In this document: positions 12,545 through 26,100 of the stretch, piece by piece | Layout of the letters: every line of letters begins with the position of its first letter | Position numbering within the stretch: the stretch's first letter is position 1 | Source of the DNA: Tubulanus polymorphus | Lineage: Eukaryota; Animalia; Nemertea | NCBI RefSeq assembly: GCF_964204645.1 | Contig: NC_134025.1 | Location: forward strand, 9,176,001-9,240,000 | Length of the DNA: 64,000 nt | Direction: 5' to 3' | The notes under the pieces: generated by a model | Told to the model about the DNA's origin: nothing | The model's database searches: none | Seen by the model: only the letters and a program-made list of their open reading frames with translations | Made by a program: the position numbers and the translations under genes

Positions 12545-15500
12545 ATGGAACAAGTAATTGAACTGAAAAATGTCTGCAGCGACGTGGAAAACCCCGATCA
12601 TTCGAAGGAAAACGGCTTGAAAGGGAAGGAAATCAAGTCATCAGCTGATTCCATTTTAAAGGACCACCGACCGTTGTCGGCCACATCGAACAGTGACGAA
12701 AATAAAAACAAGAGAGTTTATTTTCCACAGGATGGAAATGTTGTCACTGGTTATTCCGATGCTCCGAACCCCTGGCATGGTGGTAAGTTTAATCACTACA
12801 CAACTCGAGTTTCAGTACTAGAGACAGAGTACAGGTCAGGTGTGTGTAGCGTGGCCGTAGGCGTAGGTGTATGTGTGTATGGTAGGCGGGCTGAAGGCCT
12901 AACTATATAGGCATACATAGGTAGTGTCTATTGGCATGGGCTATTTCACCCAGTCCTGCAAGTGATCGTACAGTGATCTGCGTTGCGCTAGATGATCTCT
13001 GTATGTATCCAATCATCCAAACAGTTCATTCGCCTTTTTTGCCGATTTTGGTTAGTTTCTATTGCTGTGTTTAAACTGTGATATTTCGGCTTGTAAAAAC
13101 CGATTTTGATGAATAAACTATCTACACTGACTTCACAATGTTTATTGTTTGAGGATAAAACTGATTTTAGTACATAGAGATATAATATATGATTAAATGA
13201 TGCACTGTTTAGCCATGAGACATAAATCACTCAAATCAAACTGCAGTGTTGCAATGCATAGTTTTGAAGTAAAAAGTGTGTAGTTTTTGCTGCTTCCATA
13301 TTCATATCTCTTTATGCACAGACTATGGTAAAAGTTCCTAAAAAGAAAATGAATATCTGAGATTCATAACGATAGCTTATTCTTCAAAATTGGTTTTGGT
13401 GGTTGAAATAAACAGCGACTGGAGAAAGTATTGAGAAAATAGTGTTCGTGCCTTAGTGTCTGTGGTACAGTAACATTAAGTTTCTTGGTGAAAGGTTATG
13501 CATGTAGTAGGCTTAGTCGAAAGCGATAGGCCAGAAAATGTGTGCTGCCTCTTTCCATTGTACTCTACTCTGGCTCTAGATTGAGTCCGTCCCAGTGATA
13601 GAAGTTTAATGGAATATCAGGTTGTAGATTGGGCCATACAGTGCATGAACCTGATTGCAAGGCAAATTGTGGGGTGTGAAGTTTTCAAAGTCAAATGGTT
13701 CAGTATTTACTCAAATCTTTTTTCCATTGGGTGAAGTATTGATTGAGCAGTTGGGTGGTCAACTGAAATTTGTGTTCGTTGTGTACTATTGAAATAGTAG
13801 ATATGCATAGCAATTTTCTTGAAAACTAATTATTACTGTTATCAATGATCATGTTAATTTATTGTACTGTAGAGATCTATTACAAGCAGTTCATAGACGA
13901 ACTCAAACCTACCGGTACCTATTTCCTGTATTTTATTTCCCTCTATGTCACTGATTGCTTAAATTGAAATTGATTACGCATGGGGACTAAAAGTTATGAC
14001 ACAGGAGGGCTTTAAGCCTCGTTGTCATTGATTATATCGGTTTCATCTACTTTGTATTGATAAAAACCAATTAGATATTGAACGTTCATCTTTTCCTTGC
14101 GATCGGACATTGTGACATATTTAACCTATACCCGAGTACAGATTCATATGACCAGTCAAACTCTGAAAATGAGAAGACTTCACTTGGTTTTACAAAAAAA
14201 TGATGATTTTATGTGTACTTGTTCGTAAGTTTGAAAATTTCAATGATCTCTATCTTTCAGTAAAAACCTTTACAACTCAAGAACTTGTTGTAGCTTATAA
14301 GGCAGCCTGCGATGATATTGGTGTGAAGCCATTACCAAAATTGCTCAACCAACTAAATGTAAGTTGTACAGATTTGATATGTCATTGCCAGCACGAAACG
14401 TTTCTGGAAAACTATATCAAATGATTGATCTAATTTGATAAGCTATTTTTTTCCCGGTCGGATCGTTATATGGCTTTGTGTAGCTCACATTGATAAGTTT
14501 GCCTTTAATCCATACCGTTTGTTGTCTCCTTTGTTAAATTCACCGGTAGATTGTATACGTATTGTGAGTCTAGGCTACGTGAACTGACGCTAATATTCCC
14601 CAGTTACAGAACATGTATGCCTAGTACTTTTCAAATTTAGAAGTAAAAGGACTATGCTATTGCCGTTTTTATACTGAGAAGCTACCAGGATGGCTGCAGC
14701 GCATTGCTACATAGTTAACATAGATAGCCCTACTGATAGTTATTGTAAGAAGGAATATTGCCCCTGGATCCATCATGAATATTTCATTAATTTTCTCGCA
14801 AAAGCCTCAATTTCCTGCTTTCATGCACCCGTAACCATTTATGAGACAGACGGTGTAGTTTGTATCAATGGTTAGCCCAATCGATGTAGTTATGTATGTT
14901 TATCTTTCAGGCAATACAGGATTTTGGGGAAAGATTAGAGACCTTAACACTCAAAGGTCAGTGTATGGACTTTTAATTCATTATATATTACAAAAATCTA
15001 AATATGTCACAGAATATTGAATACAGTTGATATTTCTTGATAAAAATCTGTTCTTGAGAAACCGGATATGAATTTTGTTGCTGTTTTTATAGGGGATCGT
15101 CTGGATATAAAACATTGCGAAACCTTGGAAGAAATATTGAAAAGGGTCCAATTTAAAACCATAGACCTCGAAGCTACACATTTAGATGATGAGGTATGTT
15201 CCATGTGTCATTCTCCTTCCGAGACGTCTTAACAATATCTTGCCATCGCCTGCGTCATTATAAATGTTAAATATACGTAGATTTTACGTCATCTTCATCA
15301 TCAAATGTGGATCTATAACCTAAATTGATCGTCTATTGATTTCCCGAATGACGTCCTTGTCGCCACATTAGATGATATCAAACACTTCACTGAACTGGTG
15401 TACAATTATATTATCATCATTACACCAGCACTGAGATACCCCTCGATTTTCTTATTGCGACTGAAATTCGTCCATATTTTTATTAAATCGAGGTTACCTC

Positions 15501-18500
15501 TGCTGAATGAATTGTCACGAGCGTGTCAGTTAGGGCTTTGATTGAATCAACTGGGAGTGCTACCATAAAAAGCCCGATGCTACTATTTCATCACATTTGA
15601 TTGAAATACGTACCGGAAGGCAGAATATGATTGTGTTGTCATGCTTATTTCAGTAAATAGCTCTGCGTGTAAATTTTGAACATTATACAAATGTTTAGAG
15701 CTTTATATGTTCTATACTTAGGCATTCATATGCTCATTTCCTCCAGTTGAAAACTGAATTAGCTTTTTGTCAATCCCCAGAGAATTAATTATGAAATCTT
15801 TATCAATCAGTACAATTATTCAGTACTTATGATTGTTGTCCCATCTGTGCGCTCGGAGAAATTTCATGTAGGCCTATTCTGTCTATATCATCATTGTGTC
15901 TGGATCTCTGTGTTGAACTGTGCTGTGTATGTAATTGACTGTCAGTGTCATATGTCTGGGCATAGATGACGTCTTTAGTTGAGTGTTTTTCAAATGGATG
16001 AGCTCAGACAATCTGTCAACTTCTAAGGGATACTCCTCTGATACAACAGTTTCAACCATAGTACACTACATATTCTGGAATAGTATACCTGATACAAGGC
16101 CATTCATAGCGCGCTCTTAATCCAGTTTTCCCGACCTCAACCATATCCTAGAATAGCTATTCTCGCAGTGTGAAAGTGTTCAATCAAAACCTGCCTCAGT
16201 TTACGATATGACGCAAACATTTTATGCATTCTCATATACAGATTGCTATAGTTGACAAGGTTATAGCCTGTTTCATTCCCCTGTGAACATCAGAATATTA
16301 TGCAAATGTGATGGCTTCGAATAATCTTGGTCTCTATCATCAGTGACCGTAAGATCACCATTAAATCAAACTAACGATGTTTAGACATTCACCCAGGGAC
16401 ACAGAGGGTGTTTATTCAAGATTTATTCTAAACAGCAAATCATTGTTTTCAATGCTCTTGCAGGGAGCCGGTGCAATTTTCGATATGATAGAATATTACG
16501 AATCGGCGAACAAATTGAACATTTCGTTTAATCGCAATATCGGCACTCGAGGATGGCAGGCCTGTTCAAAGATGCTCAAAAAGGTATGCGCTCGTCGAAC
16601 CACTGTGCTGGAAAAGTTACATCGTATTTTCTGCAAAATTAATAGAATTGATTTCCGCTTGTATTACAGACTCCGTGCTTAGAAAGTTTAGATGCAAGAA
16701 ATTGCATATTCACCGAACAGAGTATGCCTTTTATTGGACGCTCGTTGCGTATGGGTTCTCATCTGTCAATTCTGCATTTAGAGAACAGCAACTTGAGTGG
16801 CCGTTCGCTTTATATATTGGGTAAGATTTATTAATTGAATATTTGAAGCGACAGAATTTAAGACAGCATTTCTGTTGAGAAAACTACATCAAAATGAAGA
16901 TGTGTTGCATACAAATATATGTATATATCATGTATGATAGATAGATAATTGTTCTCAGATGTGTACAGTGTACACTCAGTACTGGCATCAATAATCTTAG
17001 TCTGATAATCCTGCTCAGTGGATTGATTGGATAACTGTATGTATTTCTTCCTAATGGATTTCCATCGGGTCGAACATACTTTGAACTACGGTATTGAATT
17101 CTGCCGAGTTTCCATTGTCAGAAGTTAACCGCATTTCCACGCCGGATCAATGTCAAATTACGAATCAGCGGAAGTTCTCTGTAGCGGTTCATTCAATTAC
17201 AAGTCCATCTGGTTCATTTACAGTTGCCTCATTGAAGATGAATGAACTGTTGAAAGAGCTATTTTTGGCTGACAACAAATTGATGCCTTCGGATGGAATA
17301 CAGCTTGGAAATCTACTCAAGTTTAACCATAGGTTACAACTTCTTGATCTCAGGAATAACCACCTTCAGGTAAATTCCCAAATTCCCTGGCAAGCACTAC
17401 TGTGAGCATCTATGAATATTTTTATATCATTACTATCGCTTGTTACTTTGGAAATAGCTGTCAAAATTTGAATATTGTTCGCTGGATACCTGTCTCATTA
17501 TGGTAATTCGTAAGATATTAATCTTATCTATTGCAGTCTTAAGTTTTCATGCATTATTTACGAATCAATTACATAATTGCCTTCTCGTGAGCATGTTATT
17601 TCTTTTCTCTTGTAGGATGTAGGAACGAGTCATATCGCTGATGGTTTATATGAACAAAACCTCGGAGTGGGGCTATTGACCCTCGTTTTATGGAATAACC
17701 AGATATCATACCAGTCTATGGCTTCGGTTGCTAGATCTCTTGTAAGTCAAATTTCCGATTTTGTACACATAGATATAGGGGAATATTAACGAACCCTGAA
17801 TTGACTGTTCAACTCTTGGGTTTAGAATTTAGATTGTTAGGTATCGGATAGACCCAGATCCAGTTCCACAGTTCTGGATCCAGTTCCACAGTTCTGCGTA
17901 AGAGTAACACTTGAGTTGAAATTAGTTCATTTTCAATGAGTTAACTCTTGAGTCAAATCTTAACTCACAACTGTAGAACTGGGTTCCAGGGGATTAGTGA
18001 ATTAATGTGCAGGGTTTCTGATTCTGCTCCGAAGATTATGAAGCTGGGCCTTCATATTTTGTCTTCATTCCATTAATTTTGATTCGTCAATTATATGAAA
18101 TCATTGATTTTCATCATTTTTTTCAGACAAGTAATCAGAGTCTGGAGACATTAAACCTTGGCCACAATAGCATAACGAATGAAGGTGTACTCGGCTTAAA
18201 AGAAGGTTTACTCAAAAACAAGTCTCTCTTAAGATTTGGACTTCAGGCTGCCAAACTTTCTTGTGAGGGTATGTATGATTTCATATGATGAGGTACCGGC
18301 TTTTGATAAGATTGTTCATTTCAATGATGTATGTTCACCTCCCGGCAACGTCCTTTTTCATTGTCCTCTTTGTATTTTAGGGGCAATAGCGTTAGCTGAG
18401 TATATAGCAGATACGAAAAAACTGTTACGCATAGATTTGCGTGAGAACGATATCAAAACTGCCGGATTAATGGCCCTTTCATTGTCGCTGAAAGTTAATG

Positions 18501-20181
18501 AATCTGTCAATAGGATTGACTTGGATAAAGAACCAAAACGCGAAAGTGTAAGCAATAGATTGAAATAGATTACTAGTGTATTTCCTTCTGTCTGGTTTTC
18601 ATTCTTGTAAATTTTGATTTCATTATATTTTTGAAAAGGGAGTGAAAGATTATGCCGAACAACAGAAAAAGATGATGTCGGACATAAACAACTGGTTACA
18701 GCGAAACAGAGACCTTGCCCGCGACAGAGCTGAGGCTGAACGTCTCGTTAAGGCACAAGAAGAATTGAAAGAAGCATCTGCTGAAGAACAAGTTGTCGAA
18801 ACCGTTGTTGAGAATGTGGAAATTGATGATACAGTGCCTATACCGGAAATAGAAGAATCACCACCAACACCTCCGCCTACCGATAAACATCATTTGTCTT
18901 TGTTTATCAACGGCGATGAAACGAGGCAACAAACGTTAGAATCACCGATGTTCATACGCGAAGACGAGTTATCGGTGGTCACCATACCGCACCAGACGGA
19001 TACGACGTCCCTTTCGCCAGTCGAGCTGAGTCCGCGAACGCGCGCGAAAAAGATGTTCACGGTGAATCGCGTCGCCGAACCTCACCGACAAACGGACGTC
19101 GCACCGGCGGAGGAGAAGTTACTCGAGGTCACCGCTAATACGTACGTGTCGACGATCATGAAAGAAGCCGTCGGCGATATGAAGCTCGATATTCACGCGG
19201 CCGAGGCAGCTCTCGAAAAATTCCCAAAAGATATCATAGTTTCTCCGGATGAGTCGCCGGTGGTAGAAACGGCACCGACGCGTTTTACGTTAGTCCTCGA
19301 TAATTCTTCCGTCGGCGACTGTGCGGAATCCCTGCCGTCGGTAAATGAGGGTAACTCTACATCGGATAATTTCACGCACGTTATCACTAACACTGATAAT
19401 ACTGAACCTGTGACTGATTCTTCTGTACAGTCTCTCTGTGATATATCTGACTCTCATAAGGATTTAACTAGTCCGATTTCCAGTGAATCGCGTTCAGAAA
19501 TGCCGAACAATGACGATGTCGAATGCGATGATGCGTTGTCTTCAAACATTTCATCGTCGGAGTCAGCTACGACTGACGACGGAAATATCGTAGTTTTGAT
19601 CGCCGACGATGACAATTCAAACGCTGACCTCGTTCAGTGTGTGAACGAATTGTCATTAGAATCATCCGACGCGAAACAAGTTTCGCAAACAGCAAACATT
19701 GTAGATACACCTGTGGATATATCTTCTGCGGATACTTCATCAGAATGTATCAATAAGCATTCGGATACTTCGGAAATTAGTTCGGTACATAAACCACTTC
19801 CAACACAATATACCACTAACGATAACGACAATATCATATCAGTGGGCGAAGTGAAAGACCCAGATTTCCATAGTAACCTATCGATAAATGGAGTAGCCAT
19901 GGAACTGTCAAAGGTCCTTGATAGTCTCGAGAAGGACCCGAAACCTGAAAATGATCCAGGTAAATGAATCACAATTTTTTCATTTCGATACTAACAAAAC
20001 TCGATATCAGATGATAGTTAAATTTTGGACAATAATAATAGGGTCGGATGTTGTCGTTGAAGAGGATGATTTTATGCGTGAACTCGATGAAATGCTTGCT
20101 CAAGTTAAACAGGATGGATATAATGTTACCGGCTGTAAGGATTCATACATTACAAACGATTTCCTCTCATCGCTATATTAA
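12545..20181 (+). CDS. PPP1R37: Protein phosphatase 1 regulatory subunit 37 (LRR protein), 12 exons
   Basis: Exons ~12545-12782, 14261-14358, 14911-14956, 15093-15193, 16464-16583, 16670-16820, 17224-17369, 17616-17741, 18127-18268, 18381-18547, 18639-19959, 20042-20181. KRVYFPQD RVxF motif, IGTRGWQACSKMLKK, LLRIDLRENDIKTAGLMALSL, RDLxLxxN-type LRRs, long acidic tail. Confidence 0.9.
17875..17988. mobile_element. Harbinger-like MITE in a PPP1R37 intron
   Basis: GGATCCAGTTCCACAGTT ... AACTGTAGAACTGGGTTCC; the left end is locally duplicated (17857-17895). Confidence 0.55.
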
Positions 20182-22210
20182 CCTGGGCTGTTGGGAACCC
20201 CTAAATTCATTCTTTTCATCAAATTAGTCTAGCATACTCACTCGTTCTTCGAGGTGAAGACACTTCTTGAAAACTGTCAGAAAATAAATATCTTAGTCAT
20301 CATCTGTTGGTTTTGATATTGGTCTACCAGTCATGGATAACCTTAAGTTTTTCCTCTCTCAAACAGGTTTAACTCTTAAATTGAATTCAGTTATTGTTGC
20401 AAATCAATTGAGATTGAACCTTTTTGTGGGCCCAAACACTCTCTTTATCCCATGCTTCTCTCTGCCATATTATGTCTGGTGATTGACAATCGCTTTCCTG
20501 AGAATAAAAATACATGTAAGGCAATGATTTATATGTCATGATTTTCCGGGTGGAGGCTTTGGCAACTTGACATTAACCAATAGTTTATGATGTAGTTTGC
20601 TTTATTACTTTAATAAAATTTGTTGAAAATTTCTAATGCTGATTTCATCTCAATATAGGCAACTAGGTTTTTTGCATTCGCATGATATGATAATAAGGTA
20701 ATTCAAGCTATCGGTTGTCCCATCGAAATATAACTTTGAATATCTCTCAACAACCATATGAAGATAGGTCACTGATTGTGCTAATTCAGTCAAGAACACT
20801 TACTGCTATTCAAGAACTAATTCTTCAGTTCAGTCACTTGCCAGTGGATGTTTTAACGATAACTAGTGCTTGTACCTGGGAGAGTATAATTTTGTACCCA
20901 TTTCTAAAAGAGATCGATTATTCGCTATTTTTTAGGTGCCTACAAAACCGTGGAAGAAATTCTTCATGAAACTGGACCTAATTAGGACGACCCGTTAGAA
21001 AACGATATAGGAACTAACTGTGAATGAACTGTTATGGACATGTTTTTCAGCAAAATGATATTGTCGGATATTTATTCAAAAACAATGAATCGTTAAAGAA
21101 AAATGCACTGCTACAAAATATTCTGAATTTAAGCTCAGTTACTCGGCAATATTATCTGTAGTTCAGCCTTCAAGATGTGACATTTGTTATGTATATATAA
21201 TAAGGCTGCCGACGACATCAGGCTCATTCCAGGATCTTTTATTTCACAAATTGTTGTCAGAAAATTACTATCATAAGGTTTCAATAACGGGGCCCTGACA
21301 TTTTCTTAGAATGTACTCTATAATGGGGGAAAATGGGAATGGTTAAAAGACAGTGAGTACAGAGATGTCGAGCATGATTTCATAAATGCTTTGAAATGAA
21401 TTGCTGTTTTTTTTGTTCATCAAAATTATACTTGTATTTATATTGTTGGCTGAATGAATGAATGAATGAATGGGATATTGCAGATTTATATTTCGTTTTA
21501 TGTATTTTTGCTTTGTTAATTATTTGAAATTAATTTTAACAAATCGATACTAATTACTCTTCAAATGACACTAAAGTGACACAAATTGCTTTGAATGACT
21601 ATGTTATAACTAACCCTGTTAAGCGGTTTTGGTTTCATTGACATTTCCTGAAATATTAACGCAAATCCCAGTGAAATTATTGTTTGTTAAAAATTATTAG
21701 TCATTTTATGTATAAATGAATAGAGATAACTACTAATACCTCTGTGAACTGAAGAAGTTGAGCTTAAAACCATTCAGCTTCATTGGTTGGGTTTATTGAA
21801 TAAGTGAAGTTACTGATAGCAACTGAATCAAAATTTTGAGTTTAACTTCTTCATGACTTTGAATAACATTCAACTACATGAGTATGGTTTAACATTGCCT
21901 TACAAATATTGTACTCATTTAATGTATTTCTAGTCATTCTGTGAAATGTTTTATACCCCGATAAACGTTCGGGATTTTGTGATGTCTTCTGGGTTCACTA
22001 CCTCGCCATTAAGATATCTTAAAACTTACCAGTTACCGGTACACTTTAAGAGGTCACAGTTGACGTGCGCGTTATCGGTTCGGACTATAATATGCGATGG
22101 TGGAAAAATATTTTGTGCTTTCATTTACTGCAGTTTCTTTAAGGGTTGATTTTCATTAATGTTCTAGCGGGTTGGGATTTTAATTAATGTGATTATTTCC
22201 AAAATGAATA

Positions 22211-22285
22211 AATATATATATATATATATATATATATTTCCATATATATATATATATATATATAAATATAAATATATACATATAA
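22211..22285. repeat. (TA)n microsatellite in the probable PPP1R37 3'UTR
   Basis: Interrupted TA run; other microsatellites are (TA)n at 1377-1401 and (CA)n at 2234-2259. Confidence 0.9.
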
Positions 22286-23136
22286 TTTCCAATTGTGTAA
22301 TATATCGAATCAAGTGTAAAAATTATGTAATATAATATAATATATGGAATTGTATATTTTACTGGTCCATGAAATGGTTGTATGAAAAATAAACTGCATG
22401 TATCTCTTCATATCTGTATTTTGTATGTTTGTGATTTTGCGGAGTTATGCTGTTGGAAGATTCCACGGCATTTGCGTTAGTGAACTTAGATAAGTTCTTA
22501 AGTTTGGACTAGCACTTGTAATTTCTAGGTCATTTGGAGATAACGTATATAGGCCTACACGATTGGTCGGAATCCTTATAGACAACGTCTTGATAAATTG
22601 AAATATGAAAATCTTATCTATCTTTTTATCCACTGACTGATTAGAAAACTAACGCATTCATAATTCGTTATACTGGTATCCGTCATTAGTAATTTCCCTG
22701 ATTTTCTGCGTGCCCTTGATCTACGAATTACAAGTATCTAGTAGGAGTACTGTGTTATTTGGTCACATGATTACAGTATGGAGGACATTGAATACACACC
22801 TCCTTCCTTTCTAATAAATGGCTAACTGCATTCTCTAGTATCAAAATATTGCAATTATCACTGGACACATTACCGTTGCGGCACTTGGATATTTTTACCA
22901 TGTTATGCGATTCTAATGTTAATGCGCTGATATTCGAGCTGAGAAGAAATTAGTGTATTAGAAAGGAAATACATATATTTACATACTGGCTATTGAGATA
23001 CCAGGTTAGTTACTCAATGTATTGTGTGTGAACCTCAATGTACCCAAGTTCATTGTGCCTGAAATTCGATATTGAAATTGCTGCGTATTTCCATATTGTC
23101 TTTTATCACAGATTTGCAGTTAAAGCAGGGGTAATT

Positions 23137-26100
23137 ATGGATGACGATAAGAAACCAGACCAACGGATACCAAGCTCATTTATCAGTTATACAGAGAATG
23201 ATGGAAATAATCGACAACGATCAGTGAGCTATTCAAAACACTTAGACCAAGTTGTAATTGATTCTCAACATAAATCTGACCAAATACATACAGGTGCTGA
23301 TGAACTACCAATGAATAAACATGTAAGTACCCTGGTAGTTAATTGATTGCCTTTTAGGCTATTTGATATTATTTTCCTCATCAACTTAAATTAATTAACC
23401 CACACAACATTTGAAGATCCCCTACTTGTTATGTAGAATATTATTCTCAATCCATGTGATTCCATTCCTGATAAACTTAGGGAAATTGTACACTTTGCTC
23501 ATTTCTTAATATCAGGATATCATAGTTGCTTCAACACTGGTGAAAGATGCTTTATATGGCAGGAATATGGGATATAAGACAGATCCATTATCAATAAAGC
23601 AAGTACATCTATTCTCGTAGTCTCCTGTTTTATAAAGGACATAATTCAGTTAAAGAATAGAGGCATATTACTTGAGATTGTGCATGTATTTACACATTAC
23701 AGATCATATCAATTGTTCAATCATCCGTTAATGAGAGCTGGACTTGGCCTTGCATTGCTTATCGATTTAAGTATTGCTATCTTTGAAAAACCAGCAGTTC
23801 GAAATGCTGATCTGCCATACTGGGTAGGTGAATGAGAATGGATTTATTTTGACACCATGATTACAACGATAGTGACATGTCCTAGTGTATTTCTCTAGGC
23901 TTCGATGTTGATGGAAATGGTATGTTTGATGTTTTTCCTATTTCGTTTTCTGCATGCTTTGCACTTTGATGATGGAAAGTTTTGGAGAGACAAGAAAAAC
24001 ATTATCGTTCTAGTGTGCATAATAGTAAGTATTGATATTAGATATACTTACACAGTAAGTAATCTCCTCACAAGTATGGGCCAAATATTTGATATTTGCT
24101 TTTAACGTTTAGTTGACTTGGTTGGATATGATTTGTTTCATCATCTGGGCCAACCTAGTATCAGAAGATAAGGCAATTCGTTGGTCTCGACCTTTACGGC
24201 CATTATTCATAATCAACTTCTCAGATGGGCGTCAGGTAAGATACCTGTCAAGATACAGAGATGCACATCAATATATTAGGTTTTCTATTCAAGAACACAT
24301 TTTTTTCTAGGTAAGAAGAGCTTTCAGAAATATACGTCGCACCCTTATTGATATACTCAATGTTCTAATATTGTTTATGCTGTGCATTGGGCTGTTTGCT
24401 CTTCTTGCTTTAAAACTCTTTGACGAAAGGTATGCCAACCGGGAATATAAATCTAACTCCAGGTTTTACTTAGATGTTTGCATAAGTGACCATTGGTTAC
24501 TCTTGTTTTTCAATTAGCATGTCAGTTATGACCTACCTTAATCAGACATTGAATTAAAATTTGCTCGATATTCACATAACTATTTTGCATATCAATGTAC
24601 ATGATAGGAATTTAACGTACCCTAATGGAGATCCATATTTCCAAGACTATCTTTCATCATTCTGGGACCTGTACGTGCTTGTGACAACAGCTAACAGTCC
24701 AGACGTCATGTAAGTTCTGGATTTGAATTTTGTAATTCGAATATTTCGCTCTGAAATAACCTGAAAGTCTTTGTACAATTATAGGATGCCTGCATTTGAT
24801 TCTGATCCAGGATTTTCCGTATTCTTTGTCATTTACTCAATTATATGCAACTATATATTTATGAGTATTCTGCTGGCTGTCATCTACAATAACTACAGAA
24901 AACATCTCAAGGTACGTTGAACATTAATGAGTGAAATCATAAATGAATACAAGCTATGAGTACCATAGTTTGTTGCAGATTTTTACAAAAGTCTATGTGA
25001 ATTGTGGTATCTATTATTTTAGAATGAAGTGAAGGCCTCTGTGTATGCAAAAAGACACTCACTTAGTCGTGCCTTCGATATATTGAAAGTATCAAAAGAT
25101 GGCAAGTTTGTCATCACTCAACGATCTTGGCACGAATTGATGAAAGTTGTTAAGCCAAAACGAAGCTACACTCAAATCAAAGTTTTGCTGTATGTACTAG
25201 ATTCAGACGGAGATGACTGCTTGAGTATGTGTCCTGTCCTTCCAGAAGGTGATGAGTGAAACTTTAAGAATAGATATCAGCTTTTAGTTTGACTTTTTTT
25301 CATAGCGAAAAGTGATTTTCTGCAAGTAGTGGATTTGCTGAATGTCCGATTATCTGAAGTGAAGGATCGATTGACATTTTGTGAGATGCATTTTCCTGGT
25401 TGTTACATGTCCAAATCTAGTGAATTGATAAAGGGATTTGTGCAACACATGTAAGTTCAAGTTCAAATATTTTTCGAATTGATATTTTCATCAAGAATCT
25501 TTGAATTGATGATTTTCTTTTGCAGTGTGTTTCGATATTTCTTTGATGTGGCTATAATTGCCAATGCTGTGTGTATTGCTATTAGTGCTGAAGATGCTGA
25601 GTGGTTCTTCCTGGGTTTGTTCACCATTGAAATAGTATTGAAGATTTATGCCGTTGGATTTTACCGATTCTTTCAAAAACTGTGGAATTTGTAAGTGGAA
25701 AAGATGATAATTATGGTACATGATATTTACTGTAAACCATGTTACAATTCAATGAATTTTTGTTTTTCTAGGTTTGATTTTTTGGTTATTGGAGCGGCAA
25801 TAATTGCCACATCAATTGAAGCAATGGACGATAAAGGTAATATTCAGTTTTTGTATCTACTATGGTTATCATATTCTCATTGATTGAACTAATAGAATAG
25901 AATATTTTTCAGCTGGAATTGAAAGAATCACATTAGATATTCTGCTTGTGCTCAGAGTCTTACGTCTACTGAAAATTATGCAAGGTATTGAAAGGTAAAT
26001 TGTGAAACCGACATATACTGAATATGCATATGTAACTATTTAACAGTTACTTCAGATTAGATATTGCAAATTTGATCAACTCCTTTCTATAGATTTAGGG

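Noticed and set aside
19193-19972. Minus-strand ORFs over PPP1R37 exon 11
   Set aside because: Antisense shadows of a coding exon.
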